Shown: positions 47,007 to 57,711, counted from the stretch's first letter. The stretch is 64,000 bases of DNA from Candidatus Campbellbacteria bacterium (GCA_024653945.1 JANLIT010000003.1:30097-94096); one strand, 5' to 3'. The notes: generated by a model not told the origin, from the letters alone. Numbers and translations: made by a program.

Positions 47007-47692
47007 TGTGCTCCTTTTTGTTGCTTATCGGAAACAATCATTCCGTCTTGAATTTCAATAAGCCGGTCAGCGTAGGCTGCGTATTCTGGCTCATGCGTCA
47101 CCATAACGATTGTTTGTCCATTTTTATTGTGCAATTCGTTTATAACACGCATTACTTCCTCACCTGACACACTGTCAAGATTGGCAGTTGGTTCATCAGC
47201 AAAAAGAATATCCGGTGTGTGGGCAATGGCACGCGCAATAGACACGCGTTGTTGTTCACCACCAGAGAGTTGACTAGGAAGGTTGTCATGGCGATGTCCA
47301 AGACCAACCGCATCAAGTGCAGTCATCGCTTGCTCGAGGGCGGCTCGTTTTTCCGTGCCAAGCATGAGAATAGGAAGCACAACATTTTCTACCGCGGACA
47401 ATTCTGGAATAAGAGCGTAATCCTGAAAAATATAACCAAGTCGATTTAATCGAAAATCCGTGCGCTCTGTTTCGGTAAAATTCTCCGTGTTAATACCATC
47501 CAAAATAATTTGTCCGCTTGTTGGCATATCAAGAATACTCATTTGATACAGAAGCGTTGACTTGCCAGCACCCGACTTTCCTTGAATAGCAACGAATTCT
47601 CCTTTGGTGATGTGCAGGTTAATACCGCGGAGCACTTTCGTGACCACTTCCCCACTTCCGAAATTTTTTATGAGATTGGTAACTTGAATCAT
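47003..47692 (-). CDS. ABC transporter ATP-binding protein (MacB/LolD family)
   Basis: GKSGAGKS, LSGGEQQR and DEPTANLD motifs. Confidence 0.95.
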   Translation of the reverse strand: MIQVTNLIKNFGSGEVVTKVLRGINLHITKGEFVAIQGKSGAGKSTLLYQMSILDMPTSGQIILDGINTENFTETERTDFRLNRLGYIFQDYALIPELSAVENVVLPILMLGTEKRAALEQAMTALDAVGLGHRHDNLPSQLSGGEQQRVSIARAIAHTPDILFADEPTANLDSVSGEEVMRVINELHNKNGQTIVMVTHEPEYAAYADRLIEIQDGMIVSDKQQKGAH

Positions 47693-47696
47693 ATAT

Positions 47697-48959
47697 TTAT
47701 CTACCAAGAATTGAATCAAGTGTGTTTTTCTTAATAATCATCCATGCAGGAATATATCCAGCAATGAGTGTTGAGATTACAAGAACAGCCAGTTTTATCA
47801 TCGTACTTGAGAGTGGCGCAACCAAAATACCGTCGGAAAACGGGAAGTTAATTGGATTTGCATTAAAAAATGGGACGAGAAAACCATAAATAATGATAAG
47901 GGCGAGACCTGAGCCAACAACCGCATACATGAGTGACTGAATCACGTATGAAAACTCAATAGCCCCTGCACGAATACCAATTCCCTTCATAATACCGATG
48001 TACTTACGTCGTGTAATTGCGTTCACAAAGATAACAATAAAAATAGTGACCGAAGAAACAAGTAGGCCAACAGAACTAATACCGTTACCCAACAAATCAA
48101 ATGTTTTAATCATATCGAGCAAGAACGTCGGTAAACCCTCACGTGAAAGGCGCACAAGTGCATTTGTTCCAATACCACTATCTAGAAGTGCTTGTTTTAC
48201 TTTTGGTGCATCTGCAGGTGTCGTGGCCCTGATAGAAACTTCGTTCACGTTAAGATTTGTTCGTCCAGTAAACCGTACAAATTCTTTCTCAGGCAAAAAG
48301 GCACGGCGAGAAATTTCATCTACCTTTGTTTTGAGTATTCCCTTTACAATATATTCCTTAGTAGCACCATTTACTGTTACGCGGACACGTGAACCTATGT
48401 GCACATCTTTAACTGTCGGAAAACCCGCATCATCACCCTGCGCTCCCAACGGAGAGTACTGCTCCAAAAGCATTGAACCTAGCACAATATAATTTGTGTC
48501 GTCTGGCAAAATATACTCACCTTCAATAAGGTATTTTGAAATATGTGTGAGTGCTTCTTCAGACGTAGGATTAATACCCGCCAGATTTGTTCCAACAGTA
48601 TCTCGCAACTGTTGTGGGTCACGCCGTATACGATAATTCGCCTCAATGGTGGAACCTTCTGTGTATCGGGCAGAGTAACTAGCAACACCCGGAATCGTAT
48701 CCAGTGTTGCAAGCATGTCATTACTTTTTTCTATATATTTTTTTCCAGCAAGTGTTGAAACAAAAACGTCCCCAGTAAACTGGTCGCTGTATGCTTTCAC
48801 AGATCCCTCAATAAGCCCGACAAGAATTCCTGAGACGGCAACGAGATTCAGGAACGTAAGCATCATGATGAAAATAATGAGCCCAGTCGTCCATTTACTT
48901 GCATGGCGTATTTGCCGTACACCAAGGAGAAATCCTATCTGTATCGTTTCTTTCCACAT
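47697..48959 (-). CDS. ABC transporter permease (FtsX/MacB family)
   Basis: N-terminal TM, large extracytoplasmic loop, three C-terminal TMs. Confidence 0.88.
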   Translation of the reverse strand: MWKETIQIGFLLGVRQIRHASKWTTGLIIFIMMLTFLNLVAVSGILVGLIEGSVKAYSDQFTGDVFVSTLAGKKYIEKSNDMLATLDTIPGVASYSARYTEGSTIEANYRIRRDPQQLRDTVGTNLAGINPTSEEALTHISKYLIEGEYILPDDTNYIVLGSMLLEQYSPLGAQGDDAGFPTVKDVHIGSRVRVTVNGATKEYIVKGILKTKVDEISRRAFLPEKEFVRFTGRTNLNVNEVSIRATTPADAPKVKQALLDSGIGTNALVRLSREGLPTFLLDMIKTFDLLGNGISSVGLLVSSVTIFIVIFVNAITRRKYIGIMKGIGIRAGAIEFSYVIQSLMYAVVGSGLALIIIYGFLVPFFNANPINFPFSDGILVAPLSSTMIKLAVLVISTLIAGYIPAWMIIKKNTLDSILGR

Positions 48960-48969
48960 ATCAGAATAC

Positions 48970-50403
48970 TTATGAAGAGATGTGCACCCTGTCTCCCTCG
49001 GAAAGTCCGCTTAGTACCTCAAAAAACCCATCTGAGCCACGCAATCCGAGTGTTACATCTACCTCTTGTGTTTCACCATTTCCGCCTATCTCTGCAGAAA
49101 CATACGGGGCACCATCTGTGCGATAGAGAATAGCCCTAGCAGGAACCGCGAGTACACCCTTTTGTTCATCAGTTGTAATGGTAACTTCTGCTGTCATTCC
49201 AGATGCAATGCGTTCATCTTGAACATCAAACGCAATGCGCGCCTCATACACCGACACGCTATCAACAATAGTTTCTGTCCTGTTTACCGAAACGACGGTT
49301 GCTGAAAAAATAGTGTCAGTGCCAAAAGCATCAAGTATCACGGACGTCTTGTCACCAATCTTCACTTTTATACTATCAATTTCTGGAAGATCAATTTCAA
49401 CCCCAAAACCTCCTTGAGAAATGAGCGAAACGGCTGGTACGCCAACGGCAGCTGATTCGCCTGGATCAATGTGCACCGCCGTAACAATACCGTTGAAGGG
49501 CGCTACAAGTGTTCTCTCTCTAATCTGTGACCCAACACGTGTTACCTCTGCCTGTGCTTGGACCACTTCTGCTTCTGCAATAGATGAACCTGCGTTTTGT
49601 GCACGTAATTCTGCCTCCGCATCTTCTATTGCACGCTGGCGTTCATTGAGAGCTGTTTGGTACGCATTGTAATTTGTTGTGTATGAAACTCCTTTTTCGT
49701 TTGGAAGTGTCACAAACCATGTTGTGTTTCTATATGTAGAAATAGCATCTGGAAACGAAATAAAAAGTCCACGCGTACCAAGTGGGGTTGGCCCCGTTCT
49801 ATTTATTTCAACTTCTTCCGTACTTTCTAAATCAAAAACGCGAAGTGTTTCTCTTGATTGTTGTACTCCCGACTCTATTCGTATTTTATATGTACCAGGC
49901 TCACCAACATATCGTCCTGTAATTGTAGGGATTGTCTGGGTAAATGTTGAACTCTGTGGTTCTGCTTCCACATCATCTGATAACATCTCACTCAAGGCAT
50001 TTGCAACAAGAGTATCTTGTTTTTTCTTTACCGTATCTAAACTAACAGTGGTATTCGCAACCTGAGCTTTTTTAATAAGAAGACTTGCTTGGGCGGACTG
50101 AAGTTCTGCCTGAAGAGTTCCTAGACCAAGACGGGCCAGAGTGGCTCCCTGAAATACCACATCATTTACAGATACAAATACATCCCGAACAACACCGGAT
50201 GCTTCAAATCCAAGATCGGATACAATATCTGCCTCTACTGTTCCTGAAAGTACCACCCTCTCAACCACATCTCGTTTTTCAATAGTAATAACCTCATCGG
50301 AACCATTGCCATTTTTTGCTACCCCAAACCAAATAGCAATAATACACACGAGTGCTAGTGGCACTCCGTAGAGAACTTTTTTGTTCTTAAATAATGACTG
50401 CAT
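48970..50403 (-). CDS. Efflux periplasmic adaptor (MFP) subunit
   Basis: Lipoyl-like halves, APFNGIV, SGMTA, GLSEGD. Confidence 0.88.
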   Translation of the reverse strand: MQSLFKNKKVLYGVPLALVCIIAIWFGVAKNGNGSDEVITIEKRDVVERVVLSGTVEADIVSDLGFEASGVVRDVFVSVNDVVFQGATLARLGLGTLQAELQSAQASLLIKKAQVANTTVSLDTVKKKQDTLVANALSEMLSDDVEAEPQSSTFTQTIPTITGRYVGEPGTYKIRIESGVQQSRETLRVFDLESTEEVEINRTGPTPLGTRGLFISFPDAISTYRNTTWFVTLPNEKGVSYTTNYNAYQTALNERQRAIEDAEAELRAQNAGSSIAEAEVVQAQAEVTRVGSQIRERTLVAPFNGIVTAVHIDPGESAAVGVPAVSLISQGGFGVEIDLPEIDSIKVKIGDKTSVILDAFGTDTIFSATVVSVNRTETIVDSVSVYEARIAFDVQDERIASGMTAEVTITTDEQKGVLAVPARAILYRTDGAPYVSAEIGGNGETQEVDVTLGLRGSDGFFEVLSGLSEGDRVHISS

Positions 50404-50482
50404 AGACATCCAGTATAGCACAAATACGTGATATCTAGACGTATTTTAGAACATAAACTCCTTCATCCAGTGTCGTACATTA

Positions 50483-51109
50483 CTATGTACTAAACATTTT
50501 TGGAAATACTTTTGTAAGTAGTGTTGTACTGTGACCAGAGAGATTAAAGAGAATGACAAACATAAAAAGAAACAGTGAGACATGTACGTTAAGGAAGCTC
50601 ACCAAAATTGCAATGCACGACATGTACACTGGAACGAGAATACGCAATGTGCTGTGTTGAAGTTGCACAGGATCCATTTCCATATTGCGTATTGTTGGAG
50701 ATGAAATAATATACTGCCGCATCCAATACAACAACAAACCAATACAAATAATATTTAAACCATAGAGGGTGATGGCCGCCTGTGTAAAGAAATATTTTCC
50801 TAAAAGAAGCGTTGAAAATGGAACGAGCCCAACCAGTAGAAAGAAGAATGCATTAATAGTTGTCAGTTTTGCATCAATATTTTGTGCAAGAACCGAGGCA
50901 ATAGAGTGGTGACCGCGCCAATAGGTAAAGAGGAGGAGAAAACTGAGTGAATAACTGAGGATATGTGGTGTAAGAGAGACAACCGCATACCACACAGAGG
51001 CATTGCCCACTTCCCCAACAAGTGCTGGAACACGAATCTCGAGTGCTAGAAGCGTCATAACAATTGCAAAAATTCCGTCAGCAAGATTATCAAAGCGTGT
51101 TTGTTTCAT
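50483..51109 (-). CDS. TMEM175 (DUF1211) family channel protein
   Basis: RFDNLADGIFAIVMTLLALEI, SF...YW..HH, PFST. Confidence 0.88.
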   Translation of the reverse strand: MKQTRFDNLADGIFAIVMTLLALEIRVPALVGEVGNASVWYAVVSLTPHILSYSLSFLLLFTYWRGHHSIASVLAQNIDAKLTTINAFFFLLVGLVPFSTLLLGKYFFTQAAITLYGLNIICIGLLLYWMRQYIISSPTIRNMEMDPVQLQHSTLRILVPVYMSCIAILVSFLNVHVSLFLFMFVILFNLSGHSTTLLTKVFPKMFST

Positions 51110-51162
51110 ACGATTTCACAAAATCGCACCGCGCAATTGAAACATGACACAAGAGCGCGGTG
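51110..51162 (-). repeat. Single two-hairpin repeat ending 1 nt before the ATG
   Basis: CACCGCGC-20 nt-GCGCGGTG CGATTTTGTGAAATCG T ATG. Confidence 0.88.
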
Positions 51163-51331
51163 GTATTTGTATTACATACATACAGTATACCCTGCGGTAT
51201 GAATAGTTTCTATGTCTCCTATCCACTTTTCATACAATAGATGCCCAACAATGGCAACCGAGACAAAATCACGCTTGGAGGTGGTGGCCCCGAAGCGCGA
51301 TTTTGTCGTGCGTACATTTTTTGATTTCAAA

Positions 51332-51805
51332 CTACTTAATTGCGAGAAGTTCAACATCAAAAAGAAGTGTTGCATTTGGTGGAATCACACCACCCGCACC
51401 TTGTGCTCCGTAGCCCAATTCTGGCGCAATAGTAAGCTTCCTTTTTTCTCCAATTTTCATTCCAGCAACTCCCGCATCCCAACCAGCAATAACCTGCCCT
51501 ACACCAAGTTGGAATTCAAACGGAACCCCTCGATCAACACTTGAATCAAATTTTGTTCCATCTGTAAGTGTTCCTGTGTAATGTACTGAAACAGCGTCTC
51601 CTGCCTTTGCCTCTTGTCCGCTTCCTTCCTGCAAAACTTCAACGGTAAGTCCTGGTACTGGTGTCATGGTTCGTATGATGCCCTCCTGTTGTGTTGTTGG
51701 CGTTTCTCCTTGAATAACAGGAGCCTGTGCCTTCTTACCCCACATCACGAGTGCAATAAGTGCTACTACAATAATAATTCCGACAACGATATTTTTTGTG
51801 TGCAT
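51332..51805 (-). CDS. FKBP-type peptidyl-prolyl isomerase
   Basis: VHYTG, FDSS, VIAGWD and IPPNATLLFDVEL motifs. Confidence 0.96.
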   Translation of the reverse strand: MHTKNIVVGIIIVVALIALVMWGKKAQAPVIQGETPTTQQEGIIRTMTPVPGLTVEVLQEGSGQEAKAGDAVSVHYTGTLTDGTKFDSSVDRGVPFEFQLGVGQVIAGWDAGVAGMKIGEKRKLTIAPELGYGAQGAGGVIPPNATLLFDVELLAIK

Positions 51806-51807
51806 AG

Positions 51808-52962
51808 TTATGGTGTTAATTCTTTTTCAATAGCTCGTAGTCTATCATACTTTACTTTTCTTTCAGGCTGGACAGGGGCACCTATCTTTATTCCATCTGC
51901 ACCCACCCCGTACGCAAAATCAGCTATAAACGTATCGTCCGTCTCACCCGAACGATGTGACGCAACAACTGTCCACCCGTACCCACGCGCCGTGCGCACG
52001 GCTTCAAGTGCCTCACTCACTGTGCCAATTTGATTTGGTTTTATAATCACCCCTGTAATACTCCTCTCCGCATGTGCCCTTGCAATACGAGTGATATTTG
52101 TTGTGGTGAGGTCATCTCCAACAACCACTACATTTGGAAGCATTTCCTGTAATGTTGAAAATAAAGAAAAAGATTCTTCACCGTACGGATCTTCCAAGAA
52201 TCGTAGTGGAAACGTATTAGACATTTCAACAAACAACGTGGTTCGCTCCTCATCTGTGTATATACTATCTGTTGCGGCAGCATCAAGTGCAAAAAAAACA
52301 TTGTCTCCACTGTGTTTTTGCAACAACAAGAAAGGCTCTAGTGGATTCTGTGTTTGTAGTGCATACCCCCCCTCGTCCCCTCGTGGTGTTTCGGGATATA
52401 AAGTTTGAATTTCTTTTCCAACCTCCTTTAAAATATGCTCCGCCGATGAAAGACACGCATCCACTGAATCCTCTTGTGGAACGACAATATATTCTTGAAA
52501 CAGTTTTGTGTTTCCTGTATGCGCCCCACCATTTATGACATTCACAAATGGACGCGGGAACAAACTTGGAAACGTATCTATATGCGAACTATCACGAAGA
52601 TATCTCCACAGAGGAATTCCGATTTCTTGTGCATGTGCTCGTGCAACAGCAATTGAAACAACCAATGTCGTGTTTCCACCTATTTCTTTTTTTTGTTCAC
52701 CACCAAGCTCACACAAAATAGTGTCAATTTCTTTTTGATTACCGCTATCAAGTCCAATCAGTCGTGGAAAAATTTGAGTTTTAATGACACTCACAGCAAT
52801 TTCTGCAGGCACAGATACCGCTTCATGTGACCCCACACTTTTTCCCCTCGGCACCGAGGCACTGGCCGTACTACCACTTGCAAGTGTCACTGTGCACAAA
52901 ACCGTTTCTTCTCCTCGAGAATCTTTGACTGTAGTACCAACAATAGTGGAAATACGACTCAT
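51808..52962 (-). CDS. eno: Enolase (short, divergent)
   Basis: DSRG, NGGAH, GDEGG, GDDL, KPNQIG and SHRSGET motifs. Confidence 0.93.
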   Translation of the reverse strand: MSRISTIVGTTVKDSRGEETVLCTVTLASGSTASASVPRGKSVGSHEAVSVPAEIAVSVIKTQIFPRLIGLDSGNQKEIDTILCELGGEQKKEIGGNTTLVVSIAVARAHAQEIGIPLWRYLRDSSHIDTFPSLFPRPFVNVINGGAHTGNTKLFQEYIVVPQEDSVDACLSSAEHILKEVGKEIQTLYPETPRGDEGGYALQTQNPLEPFLLLQKHSGDNVFFALDAAATDSIYTDEERTTLFVEMSNTFPLRFLEDPYGEESFSLFSTLQEMLPNVVVVGDDLTTTNITRIARAHAERSITGVIIKPNQIGTVSEALEAVRTARGYGWTVVASHRSGETDDTFIADFAYGVGADGIKIGAPVQPERKVKYDRLRAIEKELTP

Positions 52963-53981
52963 ACACCGGTAACAATATTTTGTGGCGCACCCTTCACAAA
53001 CGCATCAATATTATCAATCGTTGTCTCTAAAATGCGCCCAACGGCTTCTTTTGTATTAAAGGCAATATGTGGAGTGATGATGACATTCGGCATATCAATA
53101 AGCACATGATTTGCGAGCACTGTTCGCAAATCATGTCCCTCACCTTTTCCCGAAAGGATAAATTGCATTTCATCTTGAATAATTCCCTCTTCTTCCAACA
53201 CATCAAGACCTGCAGCACTAATCTGACCATCGGTGAGAGCCTTGACGAGTGCTTCAGTATCCACAACGGCCCCACGACTTGTGTTGATGAGCACAACTCC
53301 ACGCTTCATTTTTGCGATTGATTCTGTATTAATAAGATGGTGTGTATCTGGAGTATGTGCAACATGAAGCGTTATCACATCACTTTTTGACAACAGTTCA
53401 TCAAGAGAAACATATGAGAAACCGAGTTGTGTGGCCAATTCTGGTTTAGGAAAGAGGTCGTACGCAAGAACATTCATACCAAATCCCTTCGCAATGGCAA
53501 TACTATGACACCCGATACGGCCTGCCCCAACCACACCAATTGTCTTTCCTTTGAGATCAAATCCCTGTAATGCTTCAAATTCAAAATCACCTTTTTCACG
53601 AATCTGTTCAAATCCTGCAAAAATCTTTTTTGATAGTGCGAGGAGAAGTCCAAAAGCATGTTCAGCAACTGTGTTTTCCCCATATGACGGAACATTTGAA
53701 ACAATAATGCCCCTCTTTGTGGTGGCGGCAATAGTAATGTGGTCATACCCCGTTGATCGTGTTGCTATATATTTTAATTGCGGCAATTTTTGCAATTCTT
53801 CTTCAGAAACAGGAGAGGCACTGAACACGGAAATAATCGGTGCATCAAGAGCAAGGGGGAGCGTTTCTTCAGAAAGAATTTCTGGTACATAGACCGCCTC
53901 TATGGACATTCCACGTTCACTCATTCGCCGTACAAGATATGTCTCGTGTTCTTTTGAACATCCAAAAAATACTGCTTTCAT
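52959..53981 (-). CDS. D-isomer-specific 2-hydroxyacid dehydrogenase (D-LDH/hydroxypyruvate reductase-like)
   Basis: RSTGYDH, GAGRIG, INTSRG, DVLEEE and TPHIAF motifs. Confidence 0.92.
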   Translation of the reverse strand: MKAVFFGCSKEHETYLVRRMSERGMSIEAVYVPEILSEETLPLALDAPIISVFSASPVSEEELQKLPQLKYIATRSTGYDHITIAATTKRGIIVSNVPSYGENTVAEHAFGLLLALSKKIFAGFEQIREKGDFEFEALQGFDLKGKTIGVVGAGRIGCHSIAIAKGFGMNVLAYDLFPKPELATQLGFSYVSLDELLSKSDVITLHVAHTPDTHHLINTESIAKMKRGVVLINTSRGAVVDTEALVKALTDGQISAAGLDVLEEEGIIQDEMQFILSGKGEGHDLRTVLANHVLIDMPNVIITPHIAFNTKEAVGRILETTIDNIDAFVKGAPQNIVTGV

Positions 53982-53987
53982 AATATG

Positions 53988-56423
53988 TTAGTTTCTAGAG
54001 AGCGACTGCTCTGTTTTATAAATAGCATCTATAGTTTTAATCACCACATCAGAATTCAGCGACATACTTTGAATTCCTTCTTGAACAAGAAAACGCGCAA
54101 ATTCTGGAATGTCAGATGGTCCTTGTCCACAAATGCCAATGTACTTTCCACGCCTCTTACAGGCAGAAATGGCTTTTGAAATAAGGTCTTTTACCGCATC
54201 GTTGTTTTCATTGCCAATATACGATAGTGTTCCTGCATCACGATCAAGCCCAAGGGTTAATTGTGTTAAATCATTTGAACCAATAGACATACCATCAAAC
54301 ATGTCTAGAAATTTTTCTGCCAAGAGCACGTTCGAAGGAATTTCACACATCATGTATACCGGAACCGCTTTTTCTGAACGTCGGTGTCCTTGTAGTTGTG
54401 CATACTCAGACACAAGTCCCTCATGTGCCATAAGCATCAGTGTCTGCTCACCCTCTTTGAGAGTTCGACAAAATGGAACCATGGGGATGACGTTATCAAA
54501 CCCCATATCATCACGCACACGTTTGATTGACTTGCACTCTAGTGCAAACGCCGGAGCAAACCGTGCATCTGAATACCGAGAGGCACCACGCCACCCAATC
54601 ATTGGGTTCTCTTCTTGTGGTTCATATGCATCTCCACCAAGAAGTGTTCGATACTCATTTGTTTTAAAATCAGAAAATCGCACAATAACTGGTCGCGGAT
54701 AAAACGCGGCAGCAATTGTCGCAATACCATACGAAAGGCGGTCAACATAAAACGCCACTTTATCATCCCACCCTCTCGTCTTTGCATCAATTTGTTTTTT
54801 AAGTGTGCTTGAAAGTTTTTTGTACTCCAAGAGAGCCATGGGATGCACGCCCACAGAAGCAATAATAAACTCCTCACGCGCAAGCCCCACACCGGAGACT
54901 GGTAAAAACGACGCTTCAAATGCGTGGTCTGGAGAGGCGATGTTTACCATGACACTTGTTTTTGGTTTCGGTAGGTGCGCGATATTATGCTGCAGTGTGG
55001 AAAACTGCAAAATTCCCTTAAAGACGACACCCGTCGTTCCTGTGGTATCTACGGTGATGTCCATTCCTGTTTTTATTTTTCGTGTTGCGTTTCCTGAACC
55101 AACAATCGCGGGAATACCTAATTCACGTGAGACAATTGCAGCGTGTGATGTGCGTCCGCCTTTATCAGTTACAATTGCCGATGCAATTTTCATAATTGGT
55201 TCCCAGTCGGGATCCGTCATATCTGTCACCAACACCTCTCCTTTTTTAAATGTATGTGCTTGTTTTGGCGAAAGAATAACGCGTGCCTTTCCTGTAGCAA
55301 TTTTACTTCCCACCGACATTCCTTCACACAATACGGGGGCATTTCCATGTCGTGTGTATTCAACAATAACCGCCCTGTCGCGTAGCGCCTGTACTGTTTC
55401 TGGTCGTGCTTGCACAATGTATAACTTGCCATCACGTCCATCTTTTGCCCATTCAATATCCATCGGTGTCCAAACACCCGCACGCGCTGTATAATGTTTT
55501 TCAATTTCAATTCCCCACTGCGCAAGTGTGCGAATCTCCATTTCAGAAAGAACCCACGAATCTCGTTCATTTTCTTTGGTTGCTACAACTTTTGTTTGCT
55601 TGATACTCTTACCGCCACCTGTTCCGTACAACATTTTTGAAAGCTTTGAACCGAGCACTTTGTTGATGATGGGCAATTTTCCTTTTGCTCGTGCTTCTTT
55701 GTACACAAGATATTCATCAGGAGTTACTTTTCCTTGTACCACCATTTCTCCAAGGCCCCACGATGCGTTAATAACCACAGTATTCTTAAAACCTGTTTCC
55801 GTATCAATGGTAAACATAACCCCTGACGCACCAACATCAGAGCGAACCATTTTTTGAACCCCTACCGAGAGCGCAATGGTTGATTGTTCAAACCCTTTAT
55901 CTACTCGATATGAAATAGCACGGTCGGTAAACAAAGATGCTATTGCTGCTTGTACCGCAAGCACCGTACGTTCAATACCAATAATACCGAGATACGTGTC
56001 GTGTTCTCCAGCAAATGACGCACCTGGAAGATCTTCAGCGGTCGCACTTGAACGCACGGCAACACTTACTCCTTTGCCATATTTCTTTTCCATTTCTGTA
56101 TAGGCAAACGCGATTTCACTTCGCAATTCCTTTGGCATCTTCGCTTTAACAATCGCCTTACGAATTTTTTCTCCACGCTTTGCTAAATCTTTTATATTAT
56201 GCGTATCAAGTCCTTTAAGGGTTGTAGCAACAAAGGTGTCCATACCTGTTTCTTTCATAAAAAATCGATATGCATCCGCAGTTGTTACAAAACCTGATGG
56301 CACCATAATACCCTTACCACCTAATTCCTTAATCATTTCTCCAAGAGATGCATTTTTTCCACCAACGCGCGAAACGTCTGCAAGAGTAACACCGTCGAGA
56401 GGAAGAATGTATCGTGAGTTCAT
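53988..56423 (-). CDS. ppsA: Phosphoenolpyruvate synthase
   Basis: GGKNASLGE, RSSATAEDL, TSHAAIVSRE and SIGSNDLTQ motifs. Confidence 0.96.
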   Translation of the reverse strand: MNSRYILPLDGVTLADVSRVGGKNASLGEMIKELGGKGIMVPSGFVTTADAYRFFMKETGMDTFVATTLKGLDTHNIKDLAKRGEKIRKAIVKAKMPKELRSEIAFAYTEMEKKYGKGVSVAVRSSATAEDLPGASFAGEHDTYLGIIGIERTVLAVQAAIASLFTDRAISYRVDKGFEQSTIALSVGVQKMVRSDVGASGVMFTIDTETGFKNTVVINASWGLGEMVVQGKVTPDEYLVYKEARAKGKLPIINKVLGSKLSKMLYGTGGGKSIKQTKVVATKENERDSWVLSEMEIRTLAQWGIEIEKHYTARAGVWTPMDIEWAKDGRDGKLYIVQARPETVQALRDRAVIVEYTRHGNAPVLCEGMSVGSKIATGKARVILSPKQAHTFKKGEVLVTDMTDPDWEPIMKIASAIVTDKGGRTSHAAIVSRELGIPAIVGSGNATRKIKTGMDITVDTTGTTGVVFKGILQFSTLQHNIAHLPKPKTSVMVNIASPDHAFEASFLPVSGVGLAREEFIIASVGVHPMALLEYKKLSSTLKKQIDAKTRGWDDKVAFYVDRLSYGIATIAAAFYPRPVIVRFSDFKTNEYRTLLGGDAYEPQEENPMIGWRGASRYSDARFAPAFALECKSIKRVRDDMGFDNVIPMVPFCRTLKEGEQTLMLMAHEGLVSEYAQLQGHRRSEKAVPVYMMCEIPSNVLLAEKFLDMFDGMSIGSNDLTQLTLGLDRDAGTLSYIGNENNDAVKDLISKAISACKRRGKYIGICGQGPSDIPEFARFLVQEGIQSMSLNSDVVIKTIDAIYKTEQSLSRN

Positions 56424-56430
56424 GAGAATA

Positions 56431-57711
56431 TCATTTTAATGCAATAATAAGATCTGATACATTTGACCCAGTGTTACCTGTTATAATCTGGGACGAAACT
56501 TTTTCAAAAAAGAGAAAGGAATTGTGGGACGCAAGGTGCTCTTCGATTGAAATACCTTGCTCGTGTGCTCTCCTTTGGGCAACGGCGTCACCTATCGCAC
56601 CCGCGATATCTGTATTATCACGCCCATCAGACGCACATGCAATAAGCGTCTCTCCATCACGAATATCCAAAAACCCGGCGAGAACAACCTCCTGATTTCG
56701 TCCGCCAACTCCGTGAGGACCTTCTGATATAACCGTTGTTTCACCACCAAACAATAGAACTGTTTTTTCTAGAGCCGTGTGCAGGCGATTTAGGGTTTCC
56801 TGCGCAATGTTGTGCGCTTCACCAGTGAGTGTTGTGGTAACAATCTCTGCCAAATACCCACGTGCCACGGCCTCTTTCTTCATCGCCTCAAGCGCAACTC
56901 TGTTTGAAACAACAACGATGTTGAGAGTGTGTTCAAAAACCTCTTTTTCTTTTGGTGTTTCAATAAGATATTCCGACACATGCTCAATAGTATATTTTTT
57001 AAGAATTGTCCGTGCGTCGATAGCTGTTGTTGTATCCAACACGGTCGGTCCAGATGCAATAAACGAAACATCATCACCGGGCACATCAGAAAAAATAAGT
57101 GCGACAAGTGTTGCGGGATGCGCATGCTGTGCCAAACCCCCACCACGGGCCGTTGAGAGATGTTTTCGCACTGTGTTCATTTCTTGAATCGTTGCTCCCT
57201 CATCCATAAGTGATGTAATAAGACGTGCCTCATCGCTAACCATCATGGACTGTGGTGGTTGAGAAAGAAGTGTTGAACCACCGCCTGAAATAACTACCAA
57301 AACAAGATCCCGTGATGTACACGAATCTAAAAATGTTAATAGCTTTGCAGTTGCATCAACATTTGCCTGTGTAGGAAGCGGATGAGTGCCAACAAAAAAA
57401 GAAACTCTCCCTGTTTGAGAGGTACCGGGCACAATATCTATAGCCATTCCGTCAGTCAATACGTCTCCTAGCACTTCTTCAAAAGTACGCACGGCCTCAA
57501 CAGAGCATTTACCGACCCCTACAACACGCACACGATCAAAGTCAGAGAGTGTATATAAACCATCAGCAGCATGAAGCACTCCCCCTTCTATAAAAACGGT
57601 TTTCTGAATTACCGCTCGTGTATCAATCGCAGAGAGTCCGGCGTCTAAAATTGAAAGTGCGTCGGTTCGCTGTGGTGTGGTCGCTAATTGCTCAAAATTC
57701 TTTATTTTCAT
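56431..57711 (-). CDS. Glycerate 2-kinase (GckA/TtuD/MOFRL family)
   Basis: SGGGS, SDVPGDD..IASGPT, GGETTV, GGRNQE and TGSNVSD motifs. Confidence 0.92.
   Translation of the reverse strand: MKIKNFEQLATTPQRTDALSILDAGLSAIDTRAVIQKTVFIEGGVLHAADGLYTLSDFDRVRVVGVGKCSVEAVRTFEEVLGDVLTDGMAIDIVPGTSQTGRVSFFVGTHPLPTQANVDATAKLLTFLDSCTSRDLVLVVISGGGSTLLSQPPQSMMVSDEARLITSLMDEGATIQEMNTVRKHLSTARGGGLAQHAHPATLVALIFSDVPGDDVSFIASGPTVLDTTTAIDARTILKKYTIEHVSEYLIETPKEKEVFEHTLNIVVVSNRVALEAMKKEAVARGYLAEIVTTTLTGEAHNIAQETLNRLHTALEKTVLLFGGETTVISEGPHGVGGRNQEVVLAGFLDIRDGETLIACASDGRDNTDIAGAIGDAVAQRRAHEQGISIEEHLASHNSFLFFEKVSSQIITGNTGSNVSDLIIALK

Noticed and set aside
50422-50446. AAATACGT/ACGTATTT inverted repeat before the efflux operon
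   Set aside because: Single copy. It could be an operator or a weak terminator, but the sequence alone cannot distinguish these.
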